Of a stretch of DNA of 64,000 nt, positions 40,765 to 56,133 are shown piece by piece. The notes beneath the pieces were generated by a model. The model worked only from the letters and a program-made list of their open reading frames with translations, ran no database searches and was not told where the DNA came from. The position numbers and the translations under genes were made by a program. The stretch's first letter is position 1; each line of letters starts with the position of its first letter. Source of the stretch: Dimorphilus gyrociliatus (lineage: Eukaryota > Animalia > Annelida); assembly GCA_904063045.1 (NCBI GenBank), contig CAJFCJ010000026.1, positions 1-64,000 on the forward strand. The letters run 5' to 3'.

Positions 40765-41572
40765 TTATCCTCTATCTTCATTTTCTTTATCCTTCTTCTT
40801 TTTATCCTTCTTCTTCTTCTTCTTCTTCTCTCCGTCCCTCTTGCGTTCTTTTTTAGGTTTGCTTGGCTGTAGTTCTGCAGTTCTCGGATCCATTGCGAGG
40901 TAATGCTTAAACGGACTCGTCTCTCTTTTACGTTTATGGGTTTTTGTAGCGAAAAACGTCGAAGCAATGACTTTACAATGATCCGGTAGCTTTTTAAAAC
41001 GGCAAAACAATTGTTAATTTAAAAATTCTTTAATTCTCTTTTTTAAACTTGTAACGTAATAGCAGTTATATTAAACTTGTTATTAATAAAGTAACTTACT
41101 GGTCCCGGTTGGAGGCGGAATCCTAACAGCTGAGATCCAGCTAGAGGATGAAATTCTTTTCCAGTTATGGGAGGCTTGTCAATGAGTGATCTTAGAGAGC
41201 TACAAGAGGAGAAGGAATATTTTACAAATATAAAAGTGTAAAGTAGATATGTAATAGGTAATTGAAGAGGTCATAAGTGAAAAGAAGAATTATATTACGG
41301 ATATACCTATTATCTTCGTTGCCTTTTGTATCGATTTTACCAGGTAGATTAGGTAGAAAACTACTCAATTCTTCTTTTAACTTCTTTCCTGACAATTTAT
41401 TCAAGGAATGTTCCAGGTTATAATAAGCCATCAAGTTAGTTGAGCCATTTTTTTCACTAGGTTCCGGTAAATCTTTCATTAAATGAAATGATTGCACAAT
41501 AGACGGTACTCGACCAAGTTGTATTGTTGTTTTTAGCGTTCCAGAGGAATCTTGACGATGTTGAAAGCTCAT
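40765..41572 (-). CDS. MED19: Mediator subunit 19, 3 exons (41572-41307, 41199-41100, 40989-40765)
   Basis: FHLMKDLP...GSTNLMAYYNLEH...GKKLKEELSSFLPNLPG, SSLRSLIDKPP, GFRLQPGPLP and a Lys-rich tail. Confidence 0.92.
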
Positions 41573-41909
41573 ATTCCCATATATCTGCGTCTTTTTCTCT
41601 GGGAATTACACTCAATTGTAAAACATGAGATTGGCACTGCGCGAAAAACGAAATACTATAGATGACGCCACTATGTAAAAGACTCCTAGACTATTATCTC
41701 GTAACAAGAGAAAGGTATATTTCAAATTGATTTTCAACAAATTGACCAAAATATACGTAAAATGTTCTTTTGTGTATTTAAAAGTGCAAAAAAAAGAAAA
41801 ACGGATGAAAAAGTTACTTCTCTAATGAATAAAGTTTATTTATAGACATCGTATACTAATAATACAATTTCGCATCGCAGGCATACAAAAACACGTTCGG
41901 CTTATTCTC

Positions 41910-41949
<40 letters not shown>

Positions 41950-42924
41950 CTTTTAAAGCATCTTCAATTTCTTCTTTTAGAAAGGAAATTATCAAACCAT
42001 TGGAAGAGAATTAGCCAATAATTCTTTCGTATCAGTGTTAGAATAGGCTTACGAAGTCACTGTCACACGCACAAAGATTTCGAATAAATATCGTCTTTGA
42101 GCGTATGCAGTAACATTGGTAAAGCTATTAAATTTTCTGAATTGTTATCATATTTCACAAGTCGGAAGATATTTTCAGGAAGAGAGAGAATGATTATTCG
42201 TTCTTCAATTCTGTTGAAAAAAAAGGAAAAGAGGAGAAAAATTACGAAATTATTAGATAAATTTTAGAAAAAAGATAGTTTATTATTGTTGAAAAGTTGA
42301 TTTCTTCAAGTAGAGTTGCATTGATTAATATGGACTAGAATATCCGGACGCCGGAGAGACCGTCACCAACGCTGTCTGAAGCCCAACTCAGACAACGTCG
42401 AATCATGGGAAAGGCGGCAACGAAATAGCTTTGGCGGAAATACGTCATAGTGACGTTTTTGTGACGCTCTTTAAGGAAAGACCATGTAGGAGGTTTTATT
42501 TATAGTTGCAGACGTAATGTTTTTCATTGAGCGCTTACGTCAGTACGATTTTTGGGTTTGTTTCTTGCCATATAAAAATAGCCATCTAATCATCGTAAAT
42601 ACAGTTATAAAAGCAGCTTTTCTACAAAAGGAGTGCACATCAACTGAACGAGAATTAATCAGTCATTTTTAATTATAGTAAATTTAATCGAAGGTTGATA
42701 ATTTTATACTTTTAAGCTTATGTAATAAATAGCATAACAACTTAAAAATCCTATAATCTGTATATATACAGTATATATTTATATATATTTATATAGAGTA
42801 TATATATGTATATATATATATATATATAAGTAAAATCAACTGTTATAACCTTCGGGGAATTTTCTAGTAAATACAGGAATAAAATCTCAATATACAAGGA
42901 CATTTATTCCTTCATTAAAAAAGA

Positions 42925-42971
<47 letters not shown>
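42925..42971. repeat. Compound (CT)n(AT)n microsatellite
   Basis: Direct reading of the sequence. Confidence 0.95.
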
Positions 42972-42978
<7 letters not shown>

Positions 42979-44217
42979 ATATTCTCAATATAGTATTTTA
43001 CCACCTAGTGTCAAAGTATTCTCTCTCTCATTTTGCGAAGTAACAAAAAAAAAATTTTACCAGTTTTTTTTTCTCTTTCTTCGATAGATTTTTGAAAAAC
43101 GCATTAATTTTTATTTCACGGCATATTTAACATAATAATTATGTAACAAAAATAACAAGAACTAAAAATTATTAATACAATTTTGTTATATCAAGTACGT
43201 GACGTATAATAAATACTTTTTTCCAATGAAATTATCTTTTTTATGTATATTCATTACATTTATATATTTAGAAATATTTCATATATAAATATAAATATAT
43301 ATATGTATATATATATTAATATATATATACATACACACATACATACATACATACATACATATACATACATACAAACACACTGTGTATATATATAATATAT
43401 ATGTAAGCAGTTATAATAATTAATACAATATCATTTTACACTGAGGCATCTTGAAACTGTAACGCATCACAGACATTGGCTAACGAGGGTAATCCGTGAG
43501 AAACTTTCCCAATGGAAGCTGTCGTTATCTATAGTATAACCTTTCTGTTTCTTAGTATAAATAACAAAAAATTCACAGGGATAACTATATTCCAATATCA
43601 TTTAAACGATTAATCAATTCTTCCTAAACAATACTTGATCATTGATAGTTTAAAAGTAGTTAAAATAATGTCATGAATTTATCTATATATATATGCTGCA
43701 GTATTTTTATATACGTTTAGAAAGAAAAGACATATATACATATACAGTATATCTTTCATTATGTGTTAATTATGTCTTTCCTTGGAATTAAAAAGAGAAT
43801 AATTAGTTCAATAATATTACATATGACAAGTGCAAGGCTTATGCCTTTGCCAATGCTTAGAATTATATAGATAATTGAGTAAATAATAAACACGATTCAA
43901 GGTTATACCATAGATAATAACTATTTACCCTTTTTGAAAAAAAAAATGAAAAATAAATCCCGGTTAGTTATTTAGGACGGCAAATGAGAACTAGTTCATT
44001 CTTTCATGTTAAAATATTAGAAAATCAAAATTTTTTGTACGATATTAAAATTATCCATCTGTCCTATCTTTGTTTTTTTTTATGCTTTTGTTGTTAATAT
44101 TATTATTATTGTCATCATCAACTTGTTTATTTTGAATTTTCTATGTAGTTTTTCTTTTTTTTTCTTCCAAAAAATATTCTTCTCTTTTTCTTTCAGTAAA
44201 AAAAAAACTTGTTTGTT

Positions 44218-47200
44218 TTACATGACAGTACAGTTCACCTTTTTCAATTGTTCATCAATCTCTTCGTCGTCAGCCGATTGTTGCTCTTTACCGGAAATAT
44301 CTGGCATAAATTGTTTTGGATCTAGACCTTGTTGTTCGTAAAAGAGCATATAAGCCGTATTCTTATCGATCGAACTCTCCGGAACTTCCTATAGAATAGG
44401 AAAATAAAATAGGCAAATTATTTAGAGATCAGTTTTTATGTTAGGAAACGAAATCCGATTCGTGAAAACTTACCTTACAGCTACTATCGTTATAGCAGTA
44501 CCATTTACCATTAGTGTTCTTGGCGTACGAAACGTAATGACCCCCAGTAATCATTCCACTATGGCACTGAAATTGAGACGAAAGCGTTAAAAGCAAGGTT
44601 TGGCAGAGCTAAAGAAGAAAAAGAGTAGGCAATATATATATTTTTTTATACATACCGATAAGGCATATAGATTATATTTTGGTCGTTCCAGTCTATTCGC
44701 ATCTCTATTTACATCTTTATCATCTGGCGTATCATTCGTATCACCGTTTGAGTTTATCGCCTTGCAGGAACCACTATACATCCAAGGATCGAAGTCTCTA
44801 AGGGGAAAATTTACTATTTTGTGCGATTTGACAAATTTTCCATTTGTTCCGTCGACGTGAACAAAACGCTTTAGATGAACAATTAGAATAGGTGGTAATT
44901 TCCACAAATGAAGTTCTTTATTAGCGAACTTGTTTTTTTTACATTTTGGACAAAGCCACTTATCGGTATCTGGCAAAACTTCAATTTTGGTAAACGCTTT
45001 TAGGCAGGCGTCCAGGTCAATTGGCTCAGTTTGTGATTTCCTAGCTGCGGCGACTGATTCGTGGTCAGTGGACGCCTTTTCCTGTGAAGATTGGTAGCGC
45101 AAATGTAAGGCGTTAGGCTCCCAGTCAATAGCTAAGTAACGGCAAGTAACAGTTTGGAGGGGAGGTTCAAAAGGTTCATCGTCCGAGGTAACCTCACAAC
45201 CTTTACAGAACATATACCATTCGCAGCGATCACAATATGTCCCGTCCCGACTTACCGTTTTCAAAGTAAACGGATATTTTTTTGCGTCATCTCCGTTCAG
45301 TGCATGATTAAAAGAATGATTTAGCTTATTTGGCTGCGAAACCAGTCGCGACATCTGTTTCATAACTTTTTCATATAATTCCTTCTTCGTAGTAGACTCA
45401 TTGTACGCTATAATTAGCGGTGTACCAAATAAATTAGGACGGCTTTTCGAATATGCCAGGAAGAAAACTTCTTGTCGCAACATTTTCCTATGCATGGCAA
45501 CGACGTAGTGACCAGAGTACGAGTTAGATACCTGTTGAGAATCAGTTTGCGCCCCCTGCACTATTAAAGGTGGAATGTATGTGCTTGAACAGTTTTCGTC
45601 CAGGGACTTCCATGAGCTGGGAGTTGGTGCGTTAACCGGCGGTAAACCGTTAGCCACCGTATTAAGTGCACTTTGCCTCTGCAGGGATGGTGAGTTGACC
45701 AAACTCGCTAGGGGTTTGAAACTGCTTGGCGGAAGTTCGTATGCATAAAGGAGACTGCCGTTTAAGGATTTGAGTTTATCTCTTTCGTGGGGAATGTTCT
45801 AAAATATTATTATAATAATAATCAATAGAAAGGAGAAGAGTAGAAGAGAAGAGAAGAGAAGAGAAATTTAGATTTAAACTTACTTTAATCATTGAGTTAT
45901 ATACTTCAACTAATAGCAGTTGATTTGGTGGGATTTGACAAAGTTTTGATAATTCCTTTTTCAAGGTATCATATTTTTCATCAACATCCAAACGTAGGCC
46001 GTATTTTATGGGTAATGAACCGTCTTTTTGAATAACTAAAATTTCCAAATGCAAGTAATTTTCCATAGGCAAAGGCAAACTAAGGAATGTAAGGGGATCG
46101 AATTTTACGGACGAATATTTGCATTCTGGACATTGGAGTCGACTTCGGAGTTGACCGTGAAAGAGATCAATTATTATTGACCTATTCCTCATTAAATAAT
46201 AATTCCACGATTCTTCGGCAACTTCGTCGTCGGGTCTTCCATCTGAATCTTTAAGTTCAATAAAAGGTTTATCCTGAACTCTATTAAGATCCTCGTGTAA
46301 ACCATCCAAAAAGAATTGTAATAATTCTTGTGAATCTTGTTGTTGAAAACTATTAAATCTCGGAGCGTATTTTGATATGGTATACTGTTAAGTTTAGGAA
46401 GATACTTTTAATAATTTTTTACAAATATACAAAATCTATTTTTATCTTACTCTTAATTTCAGCGGTGCAATTGTCTTTGCCGTACCGGACCATAACGATT
46501 CTACTAATTCACCATATGCGCTAGCGATATGACCCTTCATTCCAAGAACATTTGTCTTATTCAATTCATATCGGTGTTTATGACTAGTGAAGTATTCTTT
46601 TAAAATTTTTGTATTACTAACGCATTGTACAGCTGAATTCAAGAAGCAAGTATTTCCTAAATTATTTAAACCCGTAGCTCCATGTTCAGTATTAACAACT
46701 GGTTTTTTCTCCCCATTTACCTTGCTTCTAGCCAATTGTAACATTTCTTCTGGCCATGTCAGGTCTTTATTTCTTACTATTTTTAGATTAAGTTACGTTA
46801 TGTTATTTATGTAAATAACGTCTATAATTTAATAATTTATTACCTTCTATTAGAATCTCCATTCCATCGGTAATTTCGGCTTGTTCAACAGTAGCTTCTT
46901 CATCTTCTAATAGCGTTAAATTAGCCTGCATCTAATAGGACAAAAGTATTAAAATAAATTTATAAATTTATTGCCTAAATTCTTTTGTTTCTAAAAATAA
47001 ATAACAATAAAAAACAAAAAGTAAAGCTTACCTCGTCGCGGTATTTCCATAATCGAATATCCTCTCTCGATGTACGAAGCCGATTCGAGAGGAAATCAAG
47101 TAATTGACGAATGCTATGGTGTCTACTAAAAGAGGCAGTATGGGCCAAAAATCTTTTAGGTTGAGCAGCTGGAGAATTAAAACCAGCAGCATCTAAGGAA

Positions 47201-47331
47201 ATGAATCAAAAGTACGTTGTATAAGTTAATTAATGAAGAACAAAATGTCGTACAATTAAGAGTAGAACAAAATTTTGTATACAGATATTATATACATTAT
47301 ACAGGTATTAAACTCATATATATACACATAC

Positions 47332-47363
<32 letters not shown>

Positions 47364-50300
47364 GCGAAAGAGAAGTGTTTTGCTGTTTTTAATCAATATA
47401 AATAAATAAAAAAAACAACAAATAGAGGAAAATATCAGATAGAAAGATAGCTAGATAGATGAAGCTTAAAAATAATAGATAATATAGTGTATATATATAT
47501 ATATATATATAAAAACTATTTTATTTGCATTTGGGCTTATTTACATTATTATTATATTGAGATATTTATTGATCAATATTACTTTCCTTTTTTAAATCAT
47601 AAAATCATAGACATATAAAATATATATATATATAATATATATACTATATATATCAATTAATGAAAAACCAAAAACAAAGAAAAACATTAGTATAAAAAGA
47701 AAATTATTATTTTTTTGTTCTATCAAACATCCCTTCTTCGCTCTTTTCTTTTCTTCCCTCCCTCCCTCCCTCCCTCTCTAATTAACAAAAAAGTATGCAA
47801 GTATAAACATTTAATTATTACTTATTTAACAGAGAGAAAGATTATACAACAATAAAAATGGGAATCGAGTAAAACGTATACTTTTATGCATTTTTCTGTT
47901 GATCTTTTCATATTAAAATTAATCATAAGTTTCTCTTTCTAAATATTAATCTTTATAGAGTATTTGTTCTATTTTTCAAAAATGTCATTTTTTATGCAAT
48001 ATTGATATTTTAATTAAGTGTTACATATTAATTAATAAAATATAAGACAAAACTTTCCGGTTATCCTAAAATAATTAGTTAGGAAATAATGAAGTAGTTT
48101 TTATGTGGTTGCTTTAGTAATTTAATTATATAACTCAGCAAGAGCATTAGAAACATTTTTTAGTCTAGTATTTACATTGACATTAAGCAAGTGACGCTGT
48201 CATTCAAGATAATGTTGGAAAAGAAACAAAAAAAGACATTTAGTAATTTATCACATATAATCCGAAGCTAGAATCTTTATTTAAATTGTTCTTTTTGTCT
48301 TTGTTTTTTTTTATACAGTAGTCCTTTTAATAATATATGAGCTATTCTTATAGGATCATCTGCGGTATAATTATAGATGGTAAATAAAGAAAATTATATA
48401 AATGGTCACTATGAACAAAATTTTATATAAAAAGTTTCTGTTTTTCTTTCTTTTATAACTAAGAATTTTTGATTTTCATTTTTTTTCCTTAAAAATAAAT
48501 AATTCCACACCATTTAAAAGAATAATAATAATGAAATATTAAGAGAGAAAAAAGAATATCATAGAAAGGAATAGAAAAAGCCGGACAAATTAATTATTTA
48601 TAGAAATATAAAAAATAATTAAAAATAAATCTGATTTGTTTCTGAGATTTCAAAAAAATAGAAGAAAATATAAATAAATGAAAGTTAAATTATAGATATA
48701 TAAATCAACAGTACCATAAGTTGAAGTACTTGTTGAACAAGCAAACTTTAAGGAGCTTCGAAATGTACCTGATAAACAAGATCACTATAGGTAGCGAAAA
48801 AAAAAGTCAACTAGAAAAAAGACAACGAATCAAGAGAACACTGTCAACTAATGCGATAAAACTATACGTAATTACTTTTTTTAAAAATTCAATTGAATAC
48901 AAATTATACTCACTCCATGCAGCACCACTTATCGATCCAACCATCCCCGTAATAGTATTACTTTGAACGGATCTAAAAGGATTTACAACTTGATGCTTAT
49001 AAAGTTTTACATTGATAGGATATAGTTCAACTTCATTTTTATATTGTCCAACAATTACCTTATTTGTTTAAAGAAAAAAAAGAAATAAAGTTTGATTATT
49101 AAATGTAAAACAGTGTTTAAAAGTGAGTATATTACCGATCTTGGCAATGCCGGCTGGCCATTGTACCAGCTATGAAAAGCTCTCCATATTGCATCTGGTA
49201 CAAGCTTAAAATCAGTATCCTTCTGCAAATTTTTCCTCAACAGACCGCCCTCATTGGTAAGCGTAGCAACTTTAATCGTATTATTACTTAACACGATTCC
49301 TGAATTATCAATTGCTCCCGGTTTCTGACCTAATGTATAATTAACTCCTCGCTTTTGTATATGAGGAGATGGTGACGGAGAGTGATGATGCAATTCCGGA
49401 GTTGGCCGATAAGACTTTCCCAGTACGGACGACTCTTCATCGATACTCGATGATTTCCTGTGTTTAAACGGCTTAGAGTTGCTTCGTTTGGTGGACGGAC
49501 TTTCAGAAAAGTCATTTGTTATAATCTCAGGCTGAAAAAGATAACATCGATTTAGATAAAAAATATTTTTTAAACGTATAAATAATATTATAAACCTTAT
49601 TTTTGACATAACACTGCCATTGTTCCCACCATGAGCTACCAATTAGATAAATACATTGACCGGCTTGCAAACCCTTTCGCTCTTCTCTACGAAGCCACCC
49701 TCTGCAATTAACGTATACACATATATATATTTTTCATTAAAAAATATTTGAAAAGAATTACTAAACGCACTCAATAACACGCCTTTCTTGTTCTTTATTC
49801 TCAGGCTTTAGACCCAAAACAACGTGGCATATCTGTAACAGAGAGAGAGAGAGAGAAAAAATCATTAAAAAGAAATAAAAGCAGAAAATAATGTAGAACA
49901 AGACAGACGAATTGCATTGACGAAAAAAGAAGGCAACCCCATTTTCTAATCAATTGAATAATTACACATTTATTTCTAAAATAAGACTTTTACCTGAAAT
50001 AACAATTCCAAGAAGTAAGATGATGTATTATCACATCCTTTAGAAGCTGTCCATAGAAGATATTCATCTTGCGTAATAAAACCATCCTAAAAAGTAAAAA
50101 AAAAAAAAGAATTAGTGATAAACTATCGTCTTAATTACATATATTGAAAGGATATATTGATTAGTTAATTAATGAGGCGACTTTTGTATAATATTAATAT
50201 ACCCACAATATATATGATGTGTTTATAAGTAGAATTATTTATATAATAAATATATATATATATATATTTATTATAAATTATAAGAGATATAAATAGTATA

Positions 50301-52038
50301 GAATAAATTATGAACTAAGATATACTATAAGTTTAAATGGTAAAATGTATGAGATATATTATTTGAGATCTTTTATTCTTTTCTCCCTTTACTAAAGTAT
50401 TATGCTGAATAATCACGTATTTCTAAAGTATTCTCTTGAGGATATACTGTATATAATAGGGGTTAATTAACCTTGAGTTTTTTTTTTGGGTAAAATAGGG
50501 AAATAGTTTAAAAATAATTTTACTCCGTGACGTTCATCTTAATAGATATTATACTCTTGTCTTTACAAACCTTATCACCATCGTATTCCTTTAAAATATC
50601 ACTTGCTATATCTTCTTTATTTCTATTATTTTTAGAATTAAGATTACGATATTCAATATCCGTACAATTCTCTTCTCGAATCTTTTCCATGGCGATAAGC
50701 ATATCTGTTATTTCTTCATGACCAAGAAAACCATTTTGATCGGTATCGAACACTTTAAAGCAGACTATAATACAAAAAAAAAAAAATACAGTCAATATAT
50801 TATATGTATGTAAATGTAGAACAAAATAGAGATTATTATAGATTTAAAAACACTTACATCTTTGACGTTCTAATTCCGGACCTCGGCAACAAGCCGATAT
50901 GCCGCAAGCCATTTCCTTAAAGTCAATATGATTGTCGTGATTCTCGTCGAAAGCATTAAACAATCCTGAAAAAAAAAGGACAATATGATGAGTATTAGAT
51001 TGTAAATCTTTTAATCCTCTTTTGACGAATATACAGTTTTCATACGTGGTTTTTACCTTCGCAAATGTTAGGTGGAAATGGCGGGCATACAACAGGTCTC
51101 AGCGTTTCCAAATCAAATCGACCAGTTTGGCTTTGATTTTTTAATTGCCAGTAACGTTTTTCCAATTCAACAACTTCATGTTCGAATAGATGAGTTACAT
51201 TTGTTAATGTTTGATAAAATGTAGGAGTGTTATCATTTGATGATAAAATATTCGGATGAGGTTCTTTAAATAACCATCTTGACATCGAGGTAGCTTCTGG
51301 ATATTTTAATTGCCACTCTTTAAATTCTTCATACGTTACGCGGTCCTTTGAAAGAGAAGAATTGTATTTAAAAATTTTTCACGTAAAAAAAAATCAACAA
51401 AAACAATAATTACTGATTTTAATAAATGGCAGAGTTCTTCTGGTGTTCGAATATTCCCTTCTGTAGCCATAACTAATGCGTCCATTTCTTCTTTTTGAAT
51501 ATATGTTCCACTTTCATTTGCGTATAATGTGAATAGAACTATTAAGTGTAAAGTTTAGTTTTAAATGTATTTCATAATTATTTAAAATCTTACATCTAAC
51601 TCTCTCCTCTTGATTTCCATAGCATATCAATGCCAATCCACAAATCAAGTCTTTATAGGCCAAACCTCTAGAACCTCCACCCAAAATCGCATATATCCGC
51701 TGTTTAATAATTTAAATCAACAGTTAATCATTAATTTTATAAACAAGATAAGTATCAAATATATGACTAAACATACGTCAGCTAATCGACTTGGTACTGT
51801 TTCTCCTAAGACATCCTTCATAAAACTTGTTTTAGGCATCAAGCCATGTACAGTAGGGCAGCGTTTGAAAGCCTCTTTTAGATGAATACATTCCTTTTCT
51901 TGAACTAATTTAAGAAAAAGGCAGATATGTAGTTGCAAAACAATGTTATCGTAAATGATTACTCCATCGATCGTACTTACTTTTTTTTGACGCCTCATCA
52001 TATGTTATAAAGGCGAATTTAGAATCTCTACCTCCCAT
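44218..52038 (-). CDS. USP32: Ubiquitin carboxyl-terminal hydrolase 32 (EF-hand, DUSP, USP)
   Basis: Starts [18 protein letters not shown]-hands ([22 protein letters not shown]), DUSP (PGAIDNS...WY), Cys box [20 protein letters not shown], His box [16 protein letters not shown] and C-terminal CaaX CTVM. Confidence 0.93.
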
Positions 52039-53448
52039 CTTTTACTGCGTCTGTCAATAAAGAGTAACCGAATGCTTATCGTCTGAATGTGAAACAGTAG
52101 GTATCTCGCGCGGATTCGCCATATTTTCCGTCAGTCCTAAGTTTCTCGCGAATTTACGTAAAATCTCGCCAAATAGTCCGGTTCGTATTCATCTCTGCGA
52201 TCGCAGTGAGCGCCATCTTCAGGCAGGGTAAAGAAAAGTACATTTCCGCATAGGGCCGAGAAGATGACGTTTTTGGCATATAGGATCCTGGTCTCTTTAG
52301 CTATTTTCAGTTTTTGTATAAAACGTGAGTTTGTAAATATTACTTAAATGTATTTGGTTTCCGCAAATGTTTCCTTACTCTATTGTATAATAATAATTTA
52401 AACGACAGTATTAAAAAACGTCTTAGGACGTAACCGCCGTAGTGTACGCCATTTTGTTTAATCCAACGTTCCTCTAGGAGAGGCGTCTAATCACCTTATT
52501 CTTGTGTCAATTGTCGAGTACCCATTGCATAATTTTGTGGAAAATCAATGTTGATTACCGGACTACGCGCGCAAATTAATTGGCGCGTAAATTGAACTAA
52601 ATAAATGTAGATTAAAATAACAGTCCATGTGCTAATGTTGATTTACTTGCATGCACCAGTGTATCTTGTATCTTGTAAAAAGTAACATTTGAGTGTAAGA
52701 TGCATAATAAATTGGCTCACTCGAAGATAAGTTGCGCTTATCTCTTTCCGATTACAAAAACCGATGAGGAATATGATAAAAAAAAAAGAAACACTGGATA
52801 AAATACTACTGGAAAATAAAGTTATAAAAGGTGGGCACTGATGCATGCTTTTAACGGGCGGATATAAAAGAGAGTAAAACGAAAAAATCAATTTATATTT
52901 AATTTATAACAAATTATTTGACGCTTAACTGGCTAAAATTTAACCTTTTGTATTCGCCCACATCATATTAATTTTTTTACGTTTGTAGTAAACTCATAGC
53001 ATGATAATAATTCATTTAATTAAGTTTATAAGTTTAGAATATAAATATCAAACTGTTTCGTTAGAGTAAATCAGCTTCATACTCAAATCGTGAAGATTAA
53101 TAAAGAAAAGTGCTTATAATCCGGAACTAATTTATTAATGGCTCTGGTAAACTTACCAAGATATCTTTTATCTTAGGAAAAGTATGTTTAGAGTCGTAGT
53201 CTCATAGTCTCATTATATACAGTATATAGGCTATGTAATAAAATCCAGATGTGGAAGAAAGAAAATGTATTCTTCTTTTGTAGATGAAGAGAAACAAGTC
53301 AATAAACGTAGAAAGTGTTATTTATTCATTATCGGTTCTACCCCCTTTTTTTTTTTTTTTCTATCATCCCATTCCATTTAGATTGTGGTGCTCCCATTAT
53401 TATCCCATTTCTTATACGGCTGACATTCACTAATGAAACGTTTTACAG

Positions 53449-55468
53449 AGGTTTCGAGTGGAAAGTATGACGAAGCCAGAAAAAATGATTTCACGCCAAA
53501 ATTTACAACTGTGAGCGTTAATGGCAAAGAAGTACAAAATGGAGGAGGGAAAATTTTCTTTTTAAAGAAAGGCGACAATGTTGAATTGACTTGTAAGTGT
53601 GGCGAAAAAGACCAATATGGGCAGTTGGGTTTCTCGATTAATCAAAAGATAAGCAATACTGATAATTATACAACGGACATTGCTTTGGACGAGAGTCTCA
53701 TTGTTGACTTAAAAAGAACGTATTCATACGATTATACATCTACCGCATCTGATAACATCTTGAAATTAACTATTCGTAAGCTCAATTTTCCTTTTTGTTT
53801 TCTTAACTATATAATCACCATTCGCGGTTGGTTGCGTATCTGTTCAGTAAGTGCAAATAAATTCTAAAGGCCTACTCCCATTGACAATTGAACAAAGCGC
53901 TTGAATGCTTGGGGGTCTCAATCTTACCGTTACAGAGATCGATTTTCGTGGGAATAATCGGAAAATTTTTAATACTACTTACTCGTATTGCATAGAATAG
54001 CGTGTTTTATTGGGCAATATAAAGATATTCCGCTCTTTTATAAATAGAATAATTAAAAAGTAGTAGAAATTGCAAACGATTCAAATATTTTCTTTTCTTT
54101 CTTTTCTCTAGCTCTGATGGAATATGAAGATAGTGGAAATTATATATGTCGAAACCGACTGACAACAGTTAGTGGCCATATTGATGACGTGATAAAATTG
54201 GCAGTATTAAGTATGAACTTTTTCTTTAATCAAACAAATCATTAGTCAGTTTATATAATTTATATTATAGTGAAAAGGGAATAATTTTATCTTTAGGAAA
54301 AAGGCTAAATGTTAGAGTAAATTGATTTTCGCTCGAGTTAAAGGGATCCCGTTTACCTTCATTAACTTTGATAAATGGGTTCTAAAATATAGATTATTAA
54401 GTAATTTATATAAGATACTATAGGAATAACGTATAAGGTCCATTAAGGGAGTTAATGACTAGCCAAATCGATTTTCTAAAAATTTCTGTCACACTAAATG
54501 CAGCACTCATCCCACAGATAATGAAGAGTCCCTTCGTTTCATTGCAAATGGACAAGAACTATCTAATACTCTGGAAATATCGGAAAAAAATCTCAATTCA
54601 AATGTCAATTTTACGTGCGGAACGATTAGCTTCCCAAAACCGAGTATAACTATTTATCAAACGGTCAAAGGAAATAAGAAAGCTCTACCAAACTTGAAAG
54701 TAGCTATAGATAATGAGATTGTAAAATCCAACAAAAACAAATATTATTCATCGATTTTCGACACGGCCGTTTATGTAATTCATAAATTATCGGCTGACGA
54801 TTACGATACAGAATTTGGGTGTGAATCGGTAAATGCTGGTCCCGATACTAAAAAATATAAAAATATCAGGATAGAATTACCAGATGGCGAACCGATTATC
54901 ATTTTTGAAAATATGGAAAACGATGTTAAAACCGTTACAATATCTAAGGAAAATACTCAATATATCGCCGTATTTCATGTTTTATCAAAAACGTCCGTAA
55001 GCGGACATATCATGCTTAAATCAAAGGATAGTCGACAAGATAGCTTTAATGTCACAATTGTGAGAAAGGTAGTTTTATTTCTGTGAACTTACGATATTTC
55101 TATTAAACAACGGTTTTATTTTTTTTTTTTAAAAAAAAGTTGGAAGGAAACAAATTTGAATTAACTATACGAATACCAAGCTTGCAGGAGTGGCATTTAG
55201 TAGCGGATGGTATGCTACATGTTACAAATGATAGAGGTACAACAACAGAGAAAATACAATTGGATCGTAGTGAGTAAATCGTTGTTTTAATTAATAAAAG
55301 TGTTTTTCTTTTATTTACAAATACCGTTTTCAAATGCCATGTTGAAAATTCTTTTATTATTTTATTACAGAAGATTCAGGTCCAGTAAAAGGAGTTGGTG
55401 GAAAAATACAATTTTATTGGATTTCAATATTTGCAACCTACTGTTTGTTTTTATTAATAGCTGTTTAA
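53449..55468 (+). CDS. Putative GPI-anchored protein with about three Ig-like domains (copy 1); signal-peptide exon not located
   Basis: GDNVELTC...LKLTI-PLMEYEDSGNYIC (Ig), NFTCGTISFPKPSI...FGCESVN (Ig), a third beta-rich domain, and a terminal hydrophobic tail (FYWISIFATYCLFLLIAV*) with no cytoplasmic part. Confidence 0.65.
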
Positions 55469-56133
55469 TGAAGCGTTTTAAATACTGTCCTCCATTTTTT
55501 TTCTCTCTTTTTAAATTTTCGTCTGATATACAGTATTTTACTGATATATTCTTTATAGACGTTATTTATTATTTCACAAATGGTTTATTAATATTTTTTT
55601 TTTTTACGATTTGTACAAATGCACCAATGAACTTTATATTACTATGCGAATTTTAGGGCCTAAAATAATTTAAAGTTAAATACCTTGAAAAGGTCACATA
55701 CAATTAATGTTTTATTCTTTATTAATTCTTTTTTTTTATGTTTTATGTTGAAAAGTCTTAAGATTTGTTATTATTATTATTTTCGTATTATTTTAGACCC
55801 TAATTACAACTTTTTTGTCACTCTTATTTCCAATCGTAAAAAATACTTGAATAGCGTCTACTTTTTACTTCTTTTTATTTGAAAAAAAAGCAAACAACAT
55901 CAAAGTGTATTTATTCGTATAGAATACACAGAAAAACTTTTTTTTTAGTTCAATGTTTATCCATTTTGTTTGACGGCGGTGGTACACTTCGACAAAGATG
56001 ATTATTAGCTAATTAAGTCATCAGTGATCTTTGTTATAGTTTTGCGGAAACAATTTCCCACCTTTCCTCCTCTCTCTCTCTCATATAACTGCTATTCGTT
56101 GTAAATATTAATTAATTTTTCATTGTTATTCAG

